IMG/VR virus record: IMGVR_UViG_3300010396_000045
Span: 29,590 to 93,589 of that record
Strand: one strand, 5' to 3'
DNA from: a virus
DNA: 64,000 nt
This document shows positions 24,877-34,949 of the stretch, piece after piece. Under the pieces are notes generated by a model. The model did no database searches, was not told the origin of the DNA, and saw only the letters and a program-made list of their open reading frames with translations. Numbering within the stretch: position 1 is the stretch's first letter; each line of letters begins with the position of its first letter. The position numbers were made by a program, and so were the translations under genes.

Positions 24877-25481
24877 CAGGCCGCGATCCTCGTAATCACG
24901 TTCCCCGTCTGAAGCGTGTCGCTGAACGTCGACGCCTGCTGCTGCGGCTGAACCGCACCACGCTGCGCTACCGCCGCCGTAGTCTGGGGAGAGGACTGCG
25001 CCGAAGCAGGGGTGATCTGCGCCGCCTCCGTGGAGACGATGATAACCTCTCGGCAGACCATGACGGCCTGGAGCGCGTATTCCGAGGCGCTGTTCGTCGT
25101 GATCCCTAGGCTGATGACCAGCATGTTGAGGTAGAGGCTCTTGCCGGTCGTGATCGATATCAGCGACGGAGGAGGCCCCTGAAGCGCCAGGAGCTGCTGG
25201 TAGACGTCCTGAACCCGCGTCTCGTAATAACCGCTATTGGACCAGGACCAGCGAAGCGTGACCTCGCGCGGCTTCTTGTATGCGTGGTCGGCAATGACGG
25301 TCCCGATCTCTACGGGGTGTTCCGTAACCTGGACGTCGTCCCGGCTGGTTTCCTCAATCACGCAATCAGGTAGGATAATGCCCCATGGCCCGCTGATCCC
25401 CCGAGGCCTCCGAAGGAGGAGAACGTCCGTGACCTCTAAGAATGTAGCGGCAGCAGAGAGCGCCGTGAGAGCGCCACTCAT
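24876..25481 (-). CDS. Dit-like tail tube initiator
   Basis: VTEHPVEIGTVIADHAYKKP, YLNMLVISL. Confidence 0.8.
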   Translation of the reverse strand: MSGALTALSAAATFLEVTDVLLLRRPRGISGPWGIILPDCVIEETSRDDVQVTEHPVEIGTVIADHAYKKPREVTLRWSWSNSGYYETRVQDVYQQLLALQGPPPSLISITTGKSLYLNMLVISLGITTNSASEYALQAVMVCREVIIVSTEAAQITPASAQSSPQTTAAVAQRGAVQPQQQASTFSDTLQTGNVITRIAA

Positions 25482-27739
25482 TGGAACGCACCTTGCTGGT
25501 TGCGCTGAAGGTCTGCCCAGTGCCGGCGGTTATATTCGTCCCACGCGCGACCTACCGCGTTCGGATCAGCAGATGTGTTGATGGTGACGTTGTTGTTCTG
25601 CGTGATCGAATTTCCGGCCTGGAAAGAGTCGCCTTGCAGCCTAGGGTCGGCTCCTAGAGCCTTGGCGTAGCTTAGACGCTTTCCTAGAGACCTATCGTCA
25701 GCGCCAGGACGTTCGTTGAAATTATAGTCCGCGACCGTCGCGCCTAAAATATCCTTCGTCTGGCTCAGCATGAAGCCGGCCTTCGCCTCGCTATGCTCCT
25801 GTTCCCACTTCGCGAAGTCGAGCTGCTCGTGCATCGAAGCCGACGTTAGCGGCTTACCGTATAACGACTGGAATGTAGCCTGCCGCTGCTGGTCCCACTG
25901 CCGCAAGCCGGCATGGCCCGAAGCATTGACGACGGTCGTGCTTAGACCGCTCTCGGCCATCATGTTCGAGACCATGCCGATAGCCTGGTGCATCGGCACG
26001 CCCTTGGACATGAGGTATTTGACCGCCTCAATCGCCTTCGGATCGGTGATGCTCTTTACCGCGTCCTCGCCGCCAGACGCGCCGCCTCCGAATAAATGAC
26101 CGACGATCCCTGCGCCTAATCCAGTAGCCCAGGAGCCAAAGCCTCCGGTCCCGCCTTCGCTCATTCCCTCAAGCGTGTCGTTCAGCTTGGCCATCTGAGT
26201 CGATAGCTGTTTGACGTTCGTCGGCAGCTCCGCCCCCTCGGCGACGGAGACGGGATTCAGATAGCTCAGGACGTGGCCCAGGCGCTCCAGGAGCGAGGGA
26301 CCGCCGCTCCCCTTGTCTAGTAGCAGTTCCGGGTTGGTCGGCCCCTCACGCGCCCCAGGAGGCGCCGCGCGGAAGCCTGGGCGGCTGCGTGGATCTCCTA
26401 TCTCGTCCTGCCCAGGACCGGCCATCTCGCCCTGGCCTATCGTCATCCCGGCGTAGACGCCGCCAGCTACTCCAGCGAGAGGGCCGAGGAAGCGTGCTGC
26501 CGCACCCGCTCCGCGCAAGATAGTACCTACAAGCCCCGTCAAACCCGCAGCAAAGCCAGTGCCAGTCGCTGCTACCGTTGCGCCCGCTGATACCGCCGCA
26601 CGAGCGATGGCAGCAAACCCAGTTACGAACGAGACGACAAAGCGCCCGACGAAATAAGCCTCTAGCGCATGGAGTGGGGTAATCCAGCCGTTCGTCGCCT
26701 CGGCCAGCTTTCCCATGAGTTCTAGGAGCTTGCTAAGGCCGCTCTCGATCTCGCCCCACGGCAGGAAGCTCTTTCCGGTCTCCTGGAAGCGCTTGTAGTC
26801 CTCGAATAACTGAGACAGCAGCCCGATCAGGAGCGCTATCTTGCTCGTCTCGGGGAATATGAACGCCGCCATGATGGCAGCTATCGCCGTGACGATCTGC
26901 TGCTGGTCGGCAGGTAATCGCTCGAACCACCCGACGACCTTTCCGATCATCTCTACCGCGCCGCCGAACGCGGAACTGATGTGCTGGCCTATCCGGTCTA
27001 GAGTGCTGATGATCTGGTCTGAATGGCTATCCAGCCAGCTAGTCATCGTCTGGAGAGCTGCCGTCATCCTTTGCAGGATCGGCAAGCCCTGATGACCCAT
27101 TATATCATTTAAGCGTAGCTGGAAGCTCTGCCACGCTCGCTCAAAGAGCGTCGATTGCCTAGCGAACTCGTCTGGATCGAAATGGAATAGGCGGCGCGCG
27201 AAGTTGAACTCTTGGACGCCTTCTCCGACCTGGCCACCTCTGGTCAGAATCGCATTGAAGAAATCGGCACCGAGAAACTTCTCAAACTGCTGTCGGATAA
27301 TGAACTGTTGGCCGGCTGACTCACGAGCGAAGCGCTCGCCGAAGTGCTGGAGCTGCTGGGTTAAGGAGCCAGGACCGGCATACTCTGTAAAGACTTGCGC
27401 CCACCCAGGCTGGGTGCGCATCATATGCGCGAGGTTAGACAGAGCCGTCATGGTCTGCTGGGGAGCTAGACCTAGCTTCTGCCAAGCGAACGTCAGCGCA
27501 TCGATGTTGTTGACGGTATCATTTACCGTCATAGCTAGATACTGCATCTGCGAAGCGCTGCTCGCCATGTTGGCGACAGCCGCAGTTACAGCACCAGCAG
27601 CGCCTGCAATTCCGGCGCCAAGGCCGATAACGGCATTGGACATACTGGTGATGGCATCGAGGAATCGTCGTTGCGAACTCTCATCGACCCTATATCCAAG
27701 AGTCGCTAAAAATTCTTTGATTACGACGGTATCAGCCAC
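25478..27739 (-). CDS. Tape measure protein with C-terminal tail lysozyme domain
   Basis: IKEFLATLGY start; helical Ala/Gly-rich body; NMMAESGL..GLRQWD..EQLDF. Confidence 0.85.
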   Translation of the reverse strand: MADTVVIKEFLATLGYRVDESSQRRFLDAITSMSNAVIGLGAGIAGAAGAVTAAVANMASSASQMQYLAMTVNDTVNNIDALTFAWQKLGLAPQQTMTALSNLAHMMRTQPGWAQVFTEYAGPGSLTQQLQHFGERFARESAGQQFIIRQQFEKFLGADFFNAILTRGGQVGEGVQEFNFARRLFHFDPDEFARQSTLFERAWQSFQLRLNDIMGHQGLPILQRMTAALQTMTSWLDSHSDQIISTLDRIGQHISSAFGGAVEMIGKVVGWFERLPADQQQIVTAIAAIMAAFIFPETSKIALLIGLLSQLFEDYKRFQETGKSFLPWGEIESGLSKLLELMGKLAEATNGWITPLHALEAYFVGRFVVSFVTGFAAIARAAVSAGATVAATGTGFAAGLTGLVGTILRGAGAAARFLGPLAGVAGGVYAGMTIGQGEMAGPGQDEIGDPRSRPGFRAAPPGAREGPTNPELLLDKGSGGPSLLERLGHVLSYLNPVSVAEGAELPTNVKQLSTQMAKLNDTLEGMSEGGTGGFGSWATGLGAGIVGHLFGGGASGGEDAVKSITDPKAIEAVKYLMSKGVPMHQAIGMVSNMMAESGLSTTVVNASGHAGLRQWDQQRQATFQSLYGKPLTSASMHEQLDFAKWEQEHSEAKAGFMLSQTKDILGATVADYNFNERPGADDRSLGKRLSYAKALGADPRLQGDSFQAGNSITQNNNVTINTSADPNAVGRAWDEYNRRHWADLQRNQQGAFQ

Positions 27740-27792
27740 GGATGGACGATTTTCCTGTTGCTACAATTGGCGGCATCAGAGAGGATATTCCG

Positions 27793-27993
27793 ATGTCTGA
27801 GAAACCTGTTGAAGATCAGCTATCCGCAATAGCATCAGAGTTGGTCTGGGATCTCGTAGACCGCTTGGGAGAGATAGGAGACCTAAGCGGCATCCCCGCC
27901 GGCGCCTGGGACGACTTTGAGAAATGGGCAGTATCGGAGACACTGCGCGTGCTAAAGCTGGCTCGCGAACTGCCTAATGCCTCGGAGCGTTAA
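27793..27993 (+). CDS. Small antisense-inserted hypothetical protein
   Basis: GAGGA RBS before MSEKP. Confidence 0.45.
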   Translation: MSEKPVEDQLSAIASELVWDLVDRLGEIGDLSGIPAGAWDDFEKWAVSETLRVLKLARELPNASER

Positions 27994-28219
27994 CCTGTTG
28001 GACTCTTCTCTCGTTCTCGCTGCGGACAGAGAGCGCGTCGTTCATTAGGGAAATGTCGTAGAGGTCGACCGCCCCGTTCTTCAGGCTCTCGTAGCTACAC
28101 AGCCCCTCAACAACCGGCGTCATTAGGTAGTCCAGCCCGTCCTCTAGCTGGACATATTCCCTTGGCTCGCGCCAGTTGTCGGGGAGGGTTGGAGTGTAGC
28201 TGAGAGAGGGGCGCGCATA
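27974..28219 (-). CDS. Tail assembly chaperone -1 frameshift extension (gpT-like)
   Basis: -1 frame open from GAATTTTA region: ...DYLMTPVVEGLCSYESLKNGAVDLYDISLMNDALSVRSENERR..*. Confidence 0.7.
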   Translation of the reverse strand, partial: YARPSLSYTPTLPDNWREPREYVQLEDGLDYLMTPVVEGLCSYESLKNGAVDLYDISLMNDALSVRSENERRVQQVNAPRH

Positions 28220-28632
28220 AAATTCGACAGGTTCTCCTGGATCACCTGGAATGTGATCTGCAACAGCGCCATGCCGTCAATGTCCTCGAACTGCATACGC
28301 TTCGCCGCAGCGTTCCAGACCGGCGTCCAGCCCGTCCCCTGGTTGCGTGATACGACCGAGAGGCAGGTAGAGGATATGAAGTCCACGTCCTCCGACTTCA
28401 TCTCCGCTAGGCCTTCGATAACCGGCAGCATCATCTCGGCCATATCGACCATGGGACGATCATCGCCATTGGCCCGAGCCTGCGCTTCGGCCTGCAAGCG
28501 CTGCCGCATCTCTGGTGTGGGGGTAAGTGACACCAGGAGAGGAGCTAGCTTGCGGGCTACGTGTAGCTGCGAAAATGCATCAAGCTTTCTGACTAGTCGG
28601 TACTGCTTTCCGTCGACCTCGAATTCCGTCAC
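28144..28632 (-). CDS. Tail assembly chaperone (gpG-like)
   Basis: KLDAFSQLHVARKLAPLL, ENLSNF; between tube and tape measure. Confidence 0.8.
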   Translation of the reverse strand: MTEFEVDGKQYRLVRKLDAFSQLHVARKLAPLLVSLTPTPEMRQRLQAEAQARANGDDRPMVDMAEMMLPVIEGLAEMKSEDVDFISSTCLSVVSRNQGTGWTPVWNAAAKRMQFEDIDGMALLQITFQVIQENLSNFMRAPLSATLQPSPTTGASQGNMSS

Positions 28633-29096
28633 GACAGCACCGTGCTACCCGCGCCTAGCGTCTCGAAGATGTATCCGGCGTTGAACTGCCACTCGATCAC
28701 GTTGGCGTCCTTCGCGTAGGTGTTCGCTGGCTGCCGTCTGAACGCACAGAACATGCAGGTAATCGCGTCCCCGCGCGAGAAGTCGGTGATGACGATCGTG
28801 TTGCGGCCCCAGTTCGCAGAGCTACTGGACTGGAACGCATACATCGCCGAGAGCAGCGCATTATACGCTGAGACCTTGAGGAGCCGAACAGTTACAGTGC
28901 CGCCCTGGCCCGCATGCAGGCTATGCATAGGCTCGCCGCCTGCGCCGATCTGTAGAGTGTCCTTGTCCTCGCTTAGCTCAAGCGAGATGCCGCCTTCAGC
29001 AGCGCCAGCTTCGTTAGCTAGCGAGAAGGCGCCGCCGGGACCAACAATCGTTGCCCCTACATCGACGAAAGAATATGCGCTGAAGCCGACAGGCAT
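28629..29096 (-). CDS. Tail tube protein (DUF3277-like)
   Basis: YSFVDV, AEGGI, GEPMHSLHA; follows sheath. Confidence 0.85.
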   Translation of the reverse strand: MPVGFSAYSFVDVGATIVGPGGAFSLANEAGAAEGGISLELSEDKDTLQIGAGGEPMHSLHAGQGGTVTVRLLKVSAYNALLSAMYAFQSSSSANWGRNTIVITDFSRGDAITCMFCAFRRQPANTYAKDANVIEWQFNAGYIFETLGAGSTVLS

Positions 29097-29156
29097 GGCT
29101 CTTTTCTACCTTTTAGAGTTGAACCGGGCGCAAGTCCCGTTTAAGTAAACCGTTAG

Positions 29157-30098
29157 ATGAGCACGCCCCGATTTAAGACTGATCCAGACAATCATCCTCG
29201 TCCGATGCCAGGAGCCTATCTGGTAAGGAACCTAATCAACGGAAAATGCTATGTCGGAATCAGTCAAAAGGTCAGTCGTCGGAGGGCAGAACACACCAGA
29301 GGCGACGGAACAGCGCCTCTCCTGACCAAAGCTATTCGCAAGTACGGCGTAGAGAACTTCGAGTTTGTCCCGCTATTCTACTCAATGACAGGAACTCTGT
29401 TTCTCCCAGAGCTGGAAGCAACTCTCATTGCTGCCTATGACGCTCTGGTGCCTAACGGATACAACGTTCAGGCGTCGTCTGGAGCAGTCGGTCCTTACGG
29501 CCCTGCGTTCGGCGAAATACTCCGCCTAGCCTTTGCAAAGCCAGAAACTAAGGCGCGCAAGAGTGCCGCCGCTAAGAGTCGAGATCCTATTCTAATGAAG
29601 AAGTTCTGGGAAGCCGCGCAGGCCCCAGAAGTCAAGGCCAGAGCCATCGCGACAATGACAGCCACCAGGAGGAGACCGGAAGTCCGTCTAGCTCAGTCTA
29701 TTCGGGTGAAAGCTATGAATGCTGACCCGGAGTTCGTCGCTAATCGAACGCAGAAGGCAGTTCTGACGAAGTCAGATCCCGCATGGAAAGCCAGGGTAGC
29801 CCCGAGCTATTCGGAGGCACAAAACCGTCCCGATGTGAAAGCTAAGAAGTCCGTAGCGATACAGGCTGCCTTAGCGACCCCGGAAGCTAAGGCCAACAGA
29901 TTAGGGAGATTCTGGATAACGGACGGAACGGTCGAGTTAAAGGTTGCTAAAGGCAGCACGATTCCCGATGGATGGACCCGTGGTCGGAATAGCAAGTTCA
30001 AGGAGGCTCATTCTCCCGATGCTATGGGGAAAATAGCAAGGAACCCCAGACCCCCTCGTCGCGGATATAAGTTACGCCGGATCAACGGTTCACATTGA
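29157..30098 (+). CDS. Free-standing GIY-YIG homing endonuclease with NUMOD3-like repeats
   Basis: GAYLVRNLINGKCYVGIS, AIRKYG..FEF, PNGYN; reads on + strand (ATGAGCACG at 29157) although the track labels it minus. Confidence 0.85.
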   Translation: MSTPRFKTDPDNHPRPMPGAYLVRNLINGKCYVGISQKVSRRRAEHTRGDGTAPLLTKAIRKYGVENFEFVPLFYSMTGTLFLPELEATLIAAYDALVPNGYNVQASSGAVGPYGPAFGEILRLAFAKPETKARKSAAAKSRDPILMKKFWEAAQAPEVKARAIATMTATRRRPEVRLAQSIRVKAMNADPEFVANRTQKAVLTKSDPAWKARVAPSYSEAQNRPDVKAKKSVAIQAALATPEAKANRLGRFWITDGTVELKVAKGSTIPDGWTRGRNSKFKEAHSPDAMGKIARNPRPPRRGYKLRRINGSH

Positions 30099-31599
30099 TA
30101 ATGACATTGGCTTGGTGCACGGCGCCGGCCAATTTTACAGCAGCCTGGATCGTTGGTGCGATACGCGCCGCTCGCTGATCCTCGCTCTGTGAGTTTACGT
30201 CCGGGGCGTAGCAATAATATCCCTTATCCAGATACTGTTGCGGCTTTAGCTGTCCGAAGACTGAACTGCTGTTCCACTGCCCAGGTGCGATGAGGCCATT
30301 GTTCAGCCCGTCGATCATCGCCGCCTCGACGCCGGTCAGCAGGATATGCATGCCCGGGTTGGTCAATGGGATCTTCGTATTCGCGGTGAAGAGGATATTG
30401 AACAACCGCGTCTGGGTGTTGTTCTGAAGCCAGTCGAGGCCTTGGCGCTCGTCGATGAAGAAGCCGCCGCTCATCACGCCTTGCTGGATGATGGGCGTAA
30501 AGCCCGCTACACCGTTCGCGTAGTTGACGTAGACATTGACGTTCTTGTTCGTCAGCGCCTGCGCCTGGGTCTCGGATAGCGTCTCTGCCACCACGCCAGG
30601 CTCTTGCTTGAACTTGCCGGTAATGACCGAGTTCTGCGCCGTAAAGTCTACCGTCGCGAACCGGCCTAGCAGCGAGAAGACTGCGTAGGCAGACGAGGAG
30701 CTGTACTGAACCAGCGTGTGCTGTAGGTCGAGGCTCTGGAGGACAGAGCCAAGGTCGCCAGTCTGCGTAGGATCCGCTACCGCCGCTTCCTGGGTCGTGA
30801 TGCCGTAGATCCGCGACGGGTTCTCGGCCTCAATGACCGTTGCAACCGCTTCGTGCTGGCTGTCGGTGATATCCGAGGAATTGACCGGAGCGAAGCCGCA
30901 CGCATACCAGGAGTTAGAGGCAGCAGCGAGCGCGGAGACGGCTACAACCGGCGTCTCGGCAGCAATGCCCGCCACCGGAGCAGAAGCCCCAGCGGCTTGC
31001 GACAGCCCGCTAGTGGTAGAGATATCCGTCCCACTCCCTGCTGTCGTGGCGTAGCTGACCGCGCCGCTCGTGCCAGTCGTAATGCCGCGCACTTTCAGGC
31101 GAGAGTAGGGAGCGTCCCACTGGCAAACAGTGCCCGCAGGCAGACCAGCCTGGATGATGCTCGCTACGCCGTTCATGTTGGTAGCGGTCGAGAAGTTTAG
31201 CCCCGTCACCGTATGCGGAGTGCCGTCGATGCTGATCGTAAAGCTACCGGACGTGATAGCGTTCCACGTCGACATGCTCTGGTTTGTCGTCGATAGCGCC
31301 GCGCCGTAGAGCCAGCCATGCGTTGCCGACTGCGCCCATCTGCCGATGTAGCAAAGGCTCGGCTGGGGCGTCTGAGCAAAGAATAGCGCCGCTGCTTGTG
31401 CCTCGGGGTTAGTCGTCCCGAAGTCAGCCTGGACTTGCGTCAGCGTGCTGTACTGGCGGAAGCGCTCGGATACGTTGATGATGCCCTCGGTCGGGCCGAT
31501 GATCATAACGGTGCCGAAGTTCCGTTGCGCTAGGGGCAGCGGGCTAAGGCTGACCTGGACCGACACCACATCCGAAACAGACAAACCCGAGCCTGACAT
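30082..31599 (-). CDS. Tail sheath protein (DUF3383)
   Basis: FFAQTPQP..YIGRW, KFKQEPG, KLAGAVH. Confidence 0.9.
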   Translation of the reverse strand: MSGSGLSVSDVVSVQVSLSPLPLAQRNFGTVMIIGPTEGIINVSERFRQYSTLTQVQADFGTTNPEAQAAALFFAQTPQPSLCYIGRWAQSATHGWLYGAALSTTNQSMSTWNAITSGSFTISIDGTPHTVTGLNFSTATNMNGVASIIQAGLPAGTVCQWDAPYSRLKVRGITTGTSGAVSYATTAGSGTDISTTSGLSQAAGASAPVAGIAAETPVVAVSALAAASNSWYACGFAPVNSSDITDSQHEAVATVIEAENPSRIYGITTQEAAVADPTQTGDLGSVLQSLDLQHTLVQYSSSSAYAVFSLLGRFATVDFTAQNSVITGKFKQEPGVVAETLSETQAQALTNKNVNVYVNYANGVAGFTPIIQQGVMSGGFFIDERQGLDWLQNNTQTRLFNILFTANTKIPLTNPGMHILLTGVEAAMIDGLNNGLIAPGQWNSSSVFGQLKPQQYLDKGYYCYAPDVNSQSEDQRAARIAPTIQAAVKLAGAVHQANVIINVNR

Positions 31600-31602
31600 C
31601 GG

Positions 31603-32172
31603 CTAGTTCTCCTGAGAGGCGGTTATTGTGCAATGAAGTCCGGTGTCAGTAATGAAGCTGACCGAGACCTGGGCGATGGCCGGAATAGAATCGTATGTCC
31701 GGTCAATAAAGCGGACGAACGACATCGGAATGTCCGAACGCGAGACGTACTGGCTGTTTATCAGCTCCCCGAGATGCGTCGTCTCATCGACGCTGCGGAG
31801 CTTCAGACCTTGCGCGGATAGCGTCTCGTGGTTCTGCGGGATGTAGATGCCGTCCCGTAGGAGTGCAGCATACCAAGCCGACTGAGGACCGTAGAACGTC
31901 GCTAGAGCGTCTACTCGCTCATAGCGATGCAGGGAGCCGGAGGTATCGTCGTCCTGAGTCCATATCGGGTAGTCGTACGGCGTGTAGCCGGTGATGCCGA
32001 TCGCGCACCAGGTCGTAGTGACTGACGGCTGCGTCGGAGGCTGCGGTTGCCAGCGCGGTCTAATCAGGTTTCCGGCTAGACCCGTCACGCCCGCGATCAT
32101 CGCTTGCAGTATGCCGGCGAGCGCGTCGTCGTTTGGCGGCGGGCTTCCACTTGCGAGAACGTAACCACTCAT
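31603..32172 (-). CDS. Neck/tail terminator protein
   Basis: IRPRWQPQPP, FYGP; synteny. Confidence 0.75.
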   Translation of the reverse strand: MSGYVLASGSPPPNDDALAGILQAMIAGVTGLAGNLIRPRWQPQPPTQPSVTTTWCAIGITGYTPYDYPIWTQDDDTSGSLHRYERVDALATFYGPQSAWYAALLRDGIYIPQNHETLSAQGLKLRSVDETTHLGELINSQYVSRSDIPMSFVRFIDRTYDSIPAIAQVSVSFITDTGLHCTITASQEN

Positions 32173-32255
32173 GCTTGGCCCGATCGTAAGCAGCGCTACC
32201 TAGGACAACGACGAAGAACAGGAGGAAGGCGACGCCTATGGCCACGACGTGCCAG

Positions 32256-32636
32256 TTAGGGGCCATCCGGGACCATGTCGACGAGCTGGCAGATAGCGCT
32301 CACGAAACCCTGGCCAAAGTTCGACCAGTCGGCGACGTGCTTTACGCGGTAGTTCTTCTGCTGCCACACGATCTGATCCGGCGCCGTAGTCGCCGTCAGA
32401 GGAAACAGCCGAAACGGAGTGACTACCGTGACGAATACGCCAGTTCGTTCTGCCTCTGGTAGCTGCTCGAGGTCGCGGCCAGGTGTCGGCTGCACACATC
32501 CAGTAGAATAATAATAGCCAGGCGTATCGACCGTTAGGCCTTGCACGTTGACGGACCGTTGGCTCCGAATGACCGTGATGTCGTCCATAAACAACGGATC
32601 GAACAGGACGTCGGAAACTACATCGAGGAGAGCCAT
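32256..32636 (-). CDS. Head-closure (head-tail joining) protein
   Basis: LDVVSDVLFDP, LEQLPEAER, DWSNFGQGF. Confidence 0.75.
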   Translation of the reverse strand: MALLDVVSDVLFDPLFMDDITVIRSQRSVNVQGLTVDTPGYYYSTGCVQPTPGRDLEQLPEAERTGVFVTVVTPFRLFPLTATTAPDQIVWQQKNYRVKHVADWSNFGQGFVSAICQLVDMVPDGP

Positions 32637-32747
32637 CTGAGTCCTTTTTCGCTTGACCCGGTTTCAGACGCTTCTCTAGGTAATGCGCGAAACCTCACGC
32701 ACTCTGTCTGTAGACGAGCGTCGAACCTGTATCAGGCGGCGCTCGTT

Positions 32748-33221
32748 CTATTTTGCGGCTACCGTGCTGCAAGCCATCGAGTAAGCCGATCCCCAGCGCG
32801 TATCGTCCGGTTTCCCAGGCCTCCAGCATCTGGAATAGTAGTCCCATGATCTAGTGGCATCGCCGATAGCCGGGAGAGGCGCTGCATCCGACCACAGCAG
32901 CAGGCGCGCGAATACGCAGGCCATCTGGTCGTTGTATTGAATAACCGTATATGCCGGGAAGCCAGCCAGATCCATTGTTGCCGACGCCATCGCAACGATA
33001 GGAGCCGCTCTCGGATCGTTTAGGACCGCCGCCACACCACCTGGCTCAAACTGCCAATAGCCACGAGCAGGACCGTCATTTGCTTGAATGCGCGCCGCCC
33101 AGTTCGTTTCCTGACCCGCTATAGCCATCAGCATGACGCGCGCTGCATCGGAGACCATGTAGCCGGGGAGGAGCTGAAGACCCGGCTCTACGACGCGGAG
33201 AAGGAAGAGGCGAGGGGACAC
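32748..33221 (-). CDS. Putative lysozyme-fold endolysin
   Basis: AIAGQET..GPARGYWQFE..WRPGKP. Confidence 0.6.
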   Translation of the reverse strand: MSPRLFLLRVVEPGLQLLPGYMVSDAARVMLMAIAGQETNWAARIQANDGPARGYWQFEPGGVAAVLNDPRAAPIVAMASATMDLAGFPAYTVIQYNDQMACVFARLLLWSDAAPLPAIGDATRSWDYYSRCWRPGKPDDTRWGSAYSMACSTVAAK

Positions 33222-33721
33222 TAACTGGTGCTGCCCTTCTTTCGCAGAACGTAGGTCACAGAATTGAGCATCTGAGCCGTATCAACTAATGGGCGGTCAG
33301 ATCCCTTGCGCGCGATAGTAGACGGCGCATTCGGAGCGAACTTCGGATCGCCGCCCGCCACTATATTCGCCTTGACCTTGTTTTGAGCCGTCAGCCCGAG
33401 CGCGTTCAGCACTTGATCGGACTCAGCAGCCTTGCCGTCGAACCGTAGCTCTGCCGCCTTCTTCAGCATCGCAGCGGCTTCGTCTCGCATCCGATTGACC
33501 GGAGGTCCAAGCCAGGGGCGGGCAGGGATGTTGTGCGCGGGGCTACCAAACTCGTGTATATAGCCAAGAGCGGCGTTGTTTATCGGGTCACCTTGACGCG
33601 GACTTTTTGCGGCCGGGATGCCGACGAGGACTTGCGTTGACGCGATGTCCTGCACCTTCCGCATCATCTCTTCCATGCGGTCTAGGTTCAGAATTACCCC
33701 GTTCTCTACATCCGGCATCAA
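33221..33721 (-). CDS. Neck/tail completion protein
   Basis: IHEFGSP..IPARPWL, PLVDTAQMLNSVTY. Confidence 0.8.
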   Translation of the reverse strand: MMPDVENGVILNLDRMEEMMRKVQDIASTQVLVGIPAAKSPRQGDPINNAALGYIHEFGSPAHNIPARPWLGPPVNRMRDEAAAMLKKAAELRFDGKAAESDQVLNALGLTAQNKVKANIVAGGDPKFAPNAPSTIARKGSDRPLVDTAQMLNSVTYVLRKKGSTS

Positions 33722-33962
33722 TGCCCTCTCGCCGCTTAGCCCCGTCTAACCGCGCATCAATTGTCGCCGATAATTCGCGGACGAATTGGTTGCCCTCTCC
33801 TTGCGCTCTATCGAAACTCTCGCAAGGCCTATCTAGAATGATAGCGTCTGCATCTTTGTTCGGATGGTGGAGTATAGGCCACCAATAGCCATCCTTATGG
33901 ATTACTGAGGCAACGAGATGGATCTTGACTTCAAACCAGGCACGCACCTGAAAGCTCGACAT
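33588..33962 (-). CDS. Hypothetical protein
   Basis: GAGGA RBS; overlaps next gene. Confidence 0.4.
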   Translation of the reverse strand: MSSFQVRAWFEVKIHLVASVIHKDGYWWPILHHPNKDADAIILDRPCESFDRAQGEGNQFVRELSATIDARLDGAKRREGIDAGCRERGNSEPRPHGRDDAEGAGHRVNASPRRHPGRKKSASR

Positions 33963-33969
33963 ATAATCC

Positions 33970-34515
33970 TCAAATGCTGCCGATAAATCCCGGCCCGACC
34001 GTTCCCCGAATAAGATCAGCCTCGCTCACGTTCGCCGCATCCGTCCCGACTACCTGGACCGGACCAGTACCGACCATACGCGCCAGACGGAGGAGCTGGA
34101 TGCCGTAGATCGTCAAATTCAGGTCGCCGCCGCCTTCGATCAGGCCGATGCTTGTGTTGTAGCTGACGGAGACGCCGTTGACGGCCTTGCTGGCTACCAT
34201 GCCGAAGCCAAAGCCAGGAACTCCGCCTCTCTGCGCCTGGAGCTGCGCCATCTGGCTAAGCGCTAGTTCGTGCGCGACAAATAGGCCAACCGCCTTGGCG
34301 TGGTATTGCCGCCAGCGCCACGGATTGAGGCTCGCATTCGCTACGTCAAGCCACGGCTGGACTTGCTCGTCCAGGTAGACCGAGGAGTCAGCGAACTCTC
34401 GGAACGATTGACGGAACTGCTTAAGCGTTATGTCGTACGTCTGAGGAGGCGGACATACCGGGTTGCTGGCCGATGCTGTAGCGACGATCGGCAGAAGAGT
34501 GTTCGATCCGCTCAT
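33970..34515 (-). CDS. Head-tail adaptor (DUF4054)
   Basis: FRQSFREF, LFVAHEL, VSVSY, TIYG. Confidence 0.85.
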   Translation of the reverse strand: MSGSNTLLPIVATASASNPVCPPPQTYDITLKQFRQSFREFADSSVYLDEQVQPWLDVANASLNPWRWRQYHAKAVGLFVAHELALSQMAQLQAQRGGVPGFGFGMVASKAVNGVSVSYNTSIGLIEGGGDLNLTIYGIQLLRLARMVGTGPVQVVGTDAANVSEADLIRGTVGPGFIGSI

Positions 34516-34518
34516 GGC

Positions 34519-34707
34519 CTATCCCGCGTAATAGTCGACTACCGCTTTCTCAGTCTCGGACTCCTCTATCGGAGCCCGAAGCTTTGCCCTGCACGTAGGA
34601 ATGGGACATAACGCCCCGACCTCAAGAACCTCGTCGATATGCTCACGAGGGCAGTCGGATATGTGGATAAATCCGCAGTTGATACAGATCCAACGCCACC
34701 TGCTCAT
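34519..34707 (-). CDS. Small Zn-finger protein
   Basis: CINC..CPIPTC. Confidence 0.5.
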   Translation of the reverse strand: MSRWRWICINCGFIHISDCPREHIDEVLEVGALCPIPTCRAKLRAPIEESETEKAVVDYYAG

Positions 34708-34949
34708 GGCTTCCAGAACTCTATGCTCGTATCCCCGTTCGTGCAGACCGTCATGCCAAATGGGCCATGCATATCTATGTCAGGGCGCGTCTCGACCTTG
34801 ATCCTGCCCGCGTCAGTAATCCAGCCGCCTTGTTCGTGCTGGCCCTTGTCCAGACGGTAGACGTATGCCGACCGACAGATAGGCTCGCCAGTATGCGCGT
34901 AGGAGACGCTAGGAAGCGCTAGGAGGGCGATGAATAGCCAACGGGTCAT
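34704..34949 (-). CDS. Small exported protein
   Basis: Signal-peptide-like N-terminus, ATGA coupling. Confidence 0.5.
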   Translation of the reverse strand: MTRWLFIALLALPSVSYAHTGEPICRSAYVYRLDKGQHEQGGWITDAGRIKVETRPDIDMHGPFGMTVCTNGDTSIEFWKP

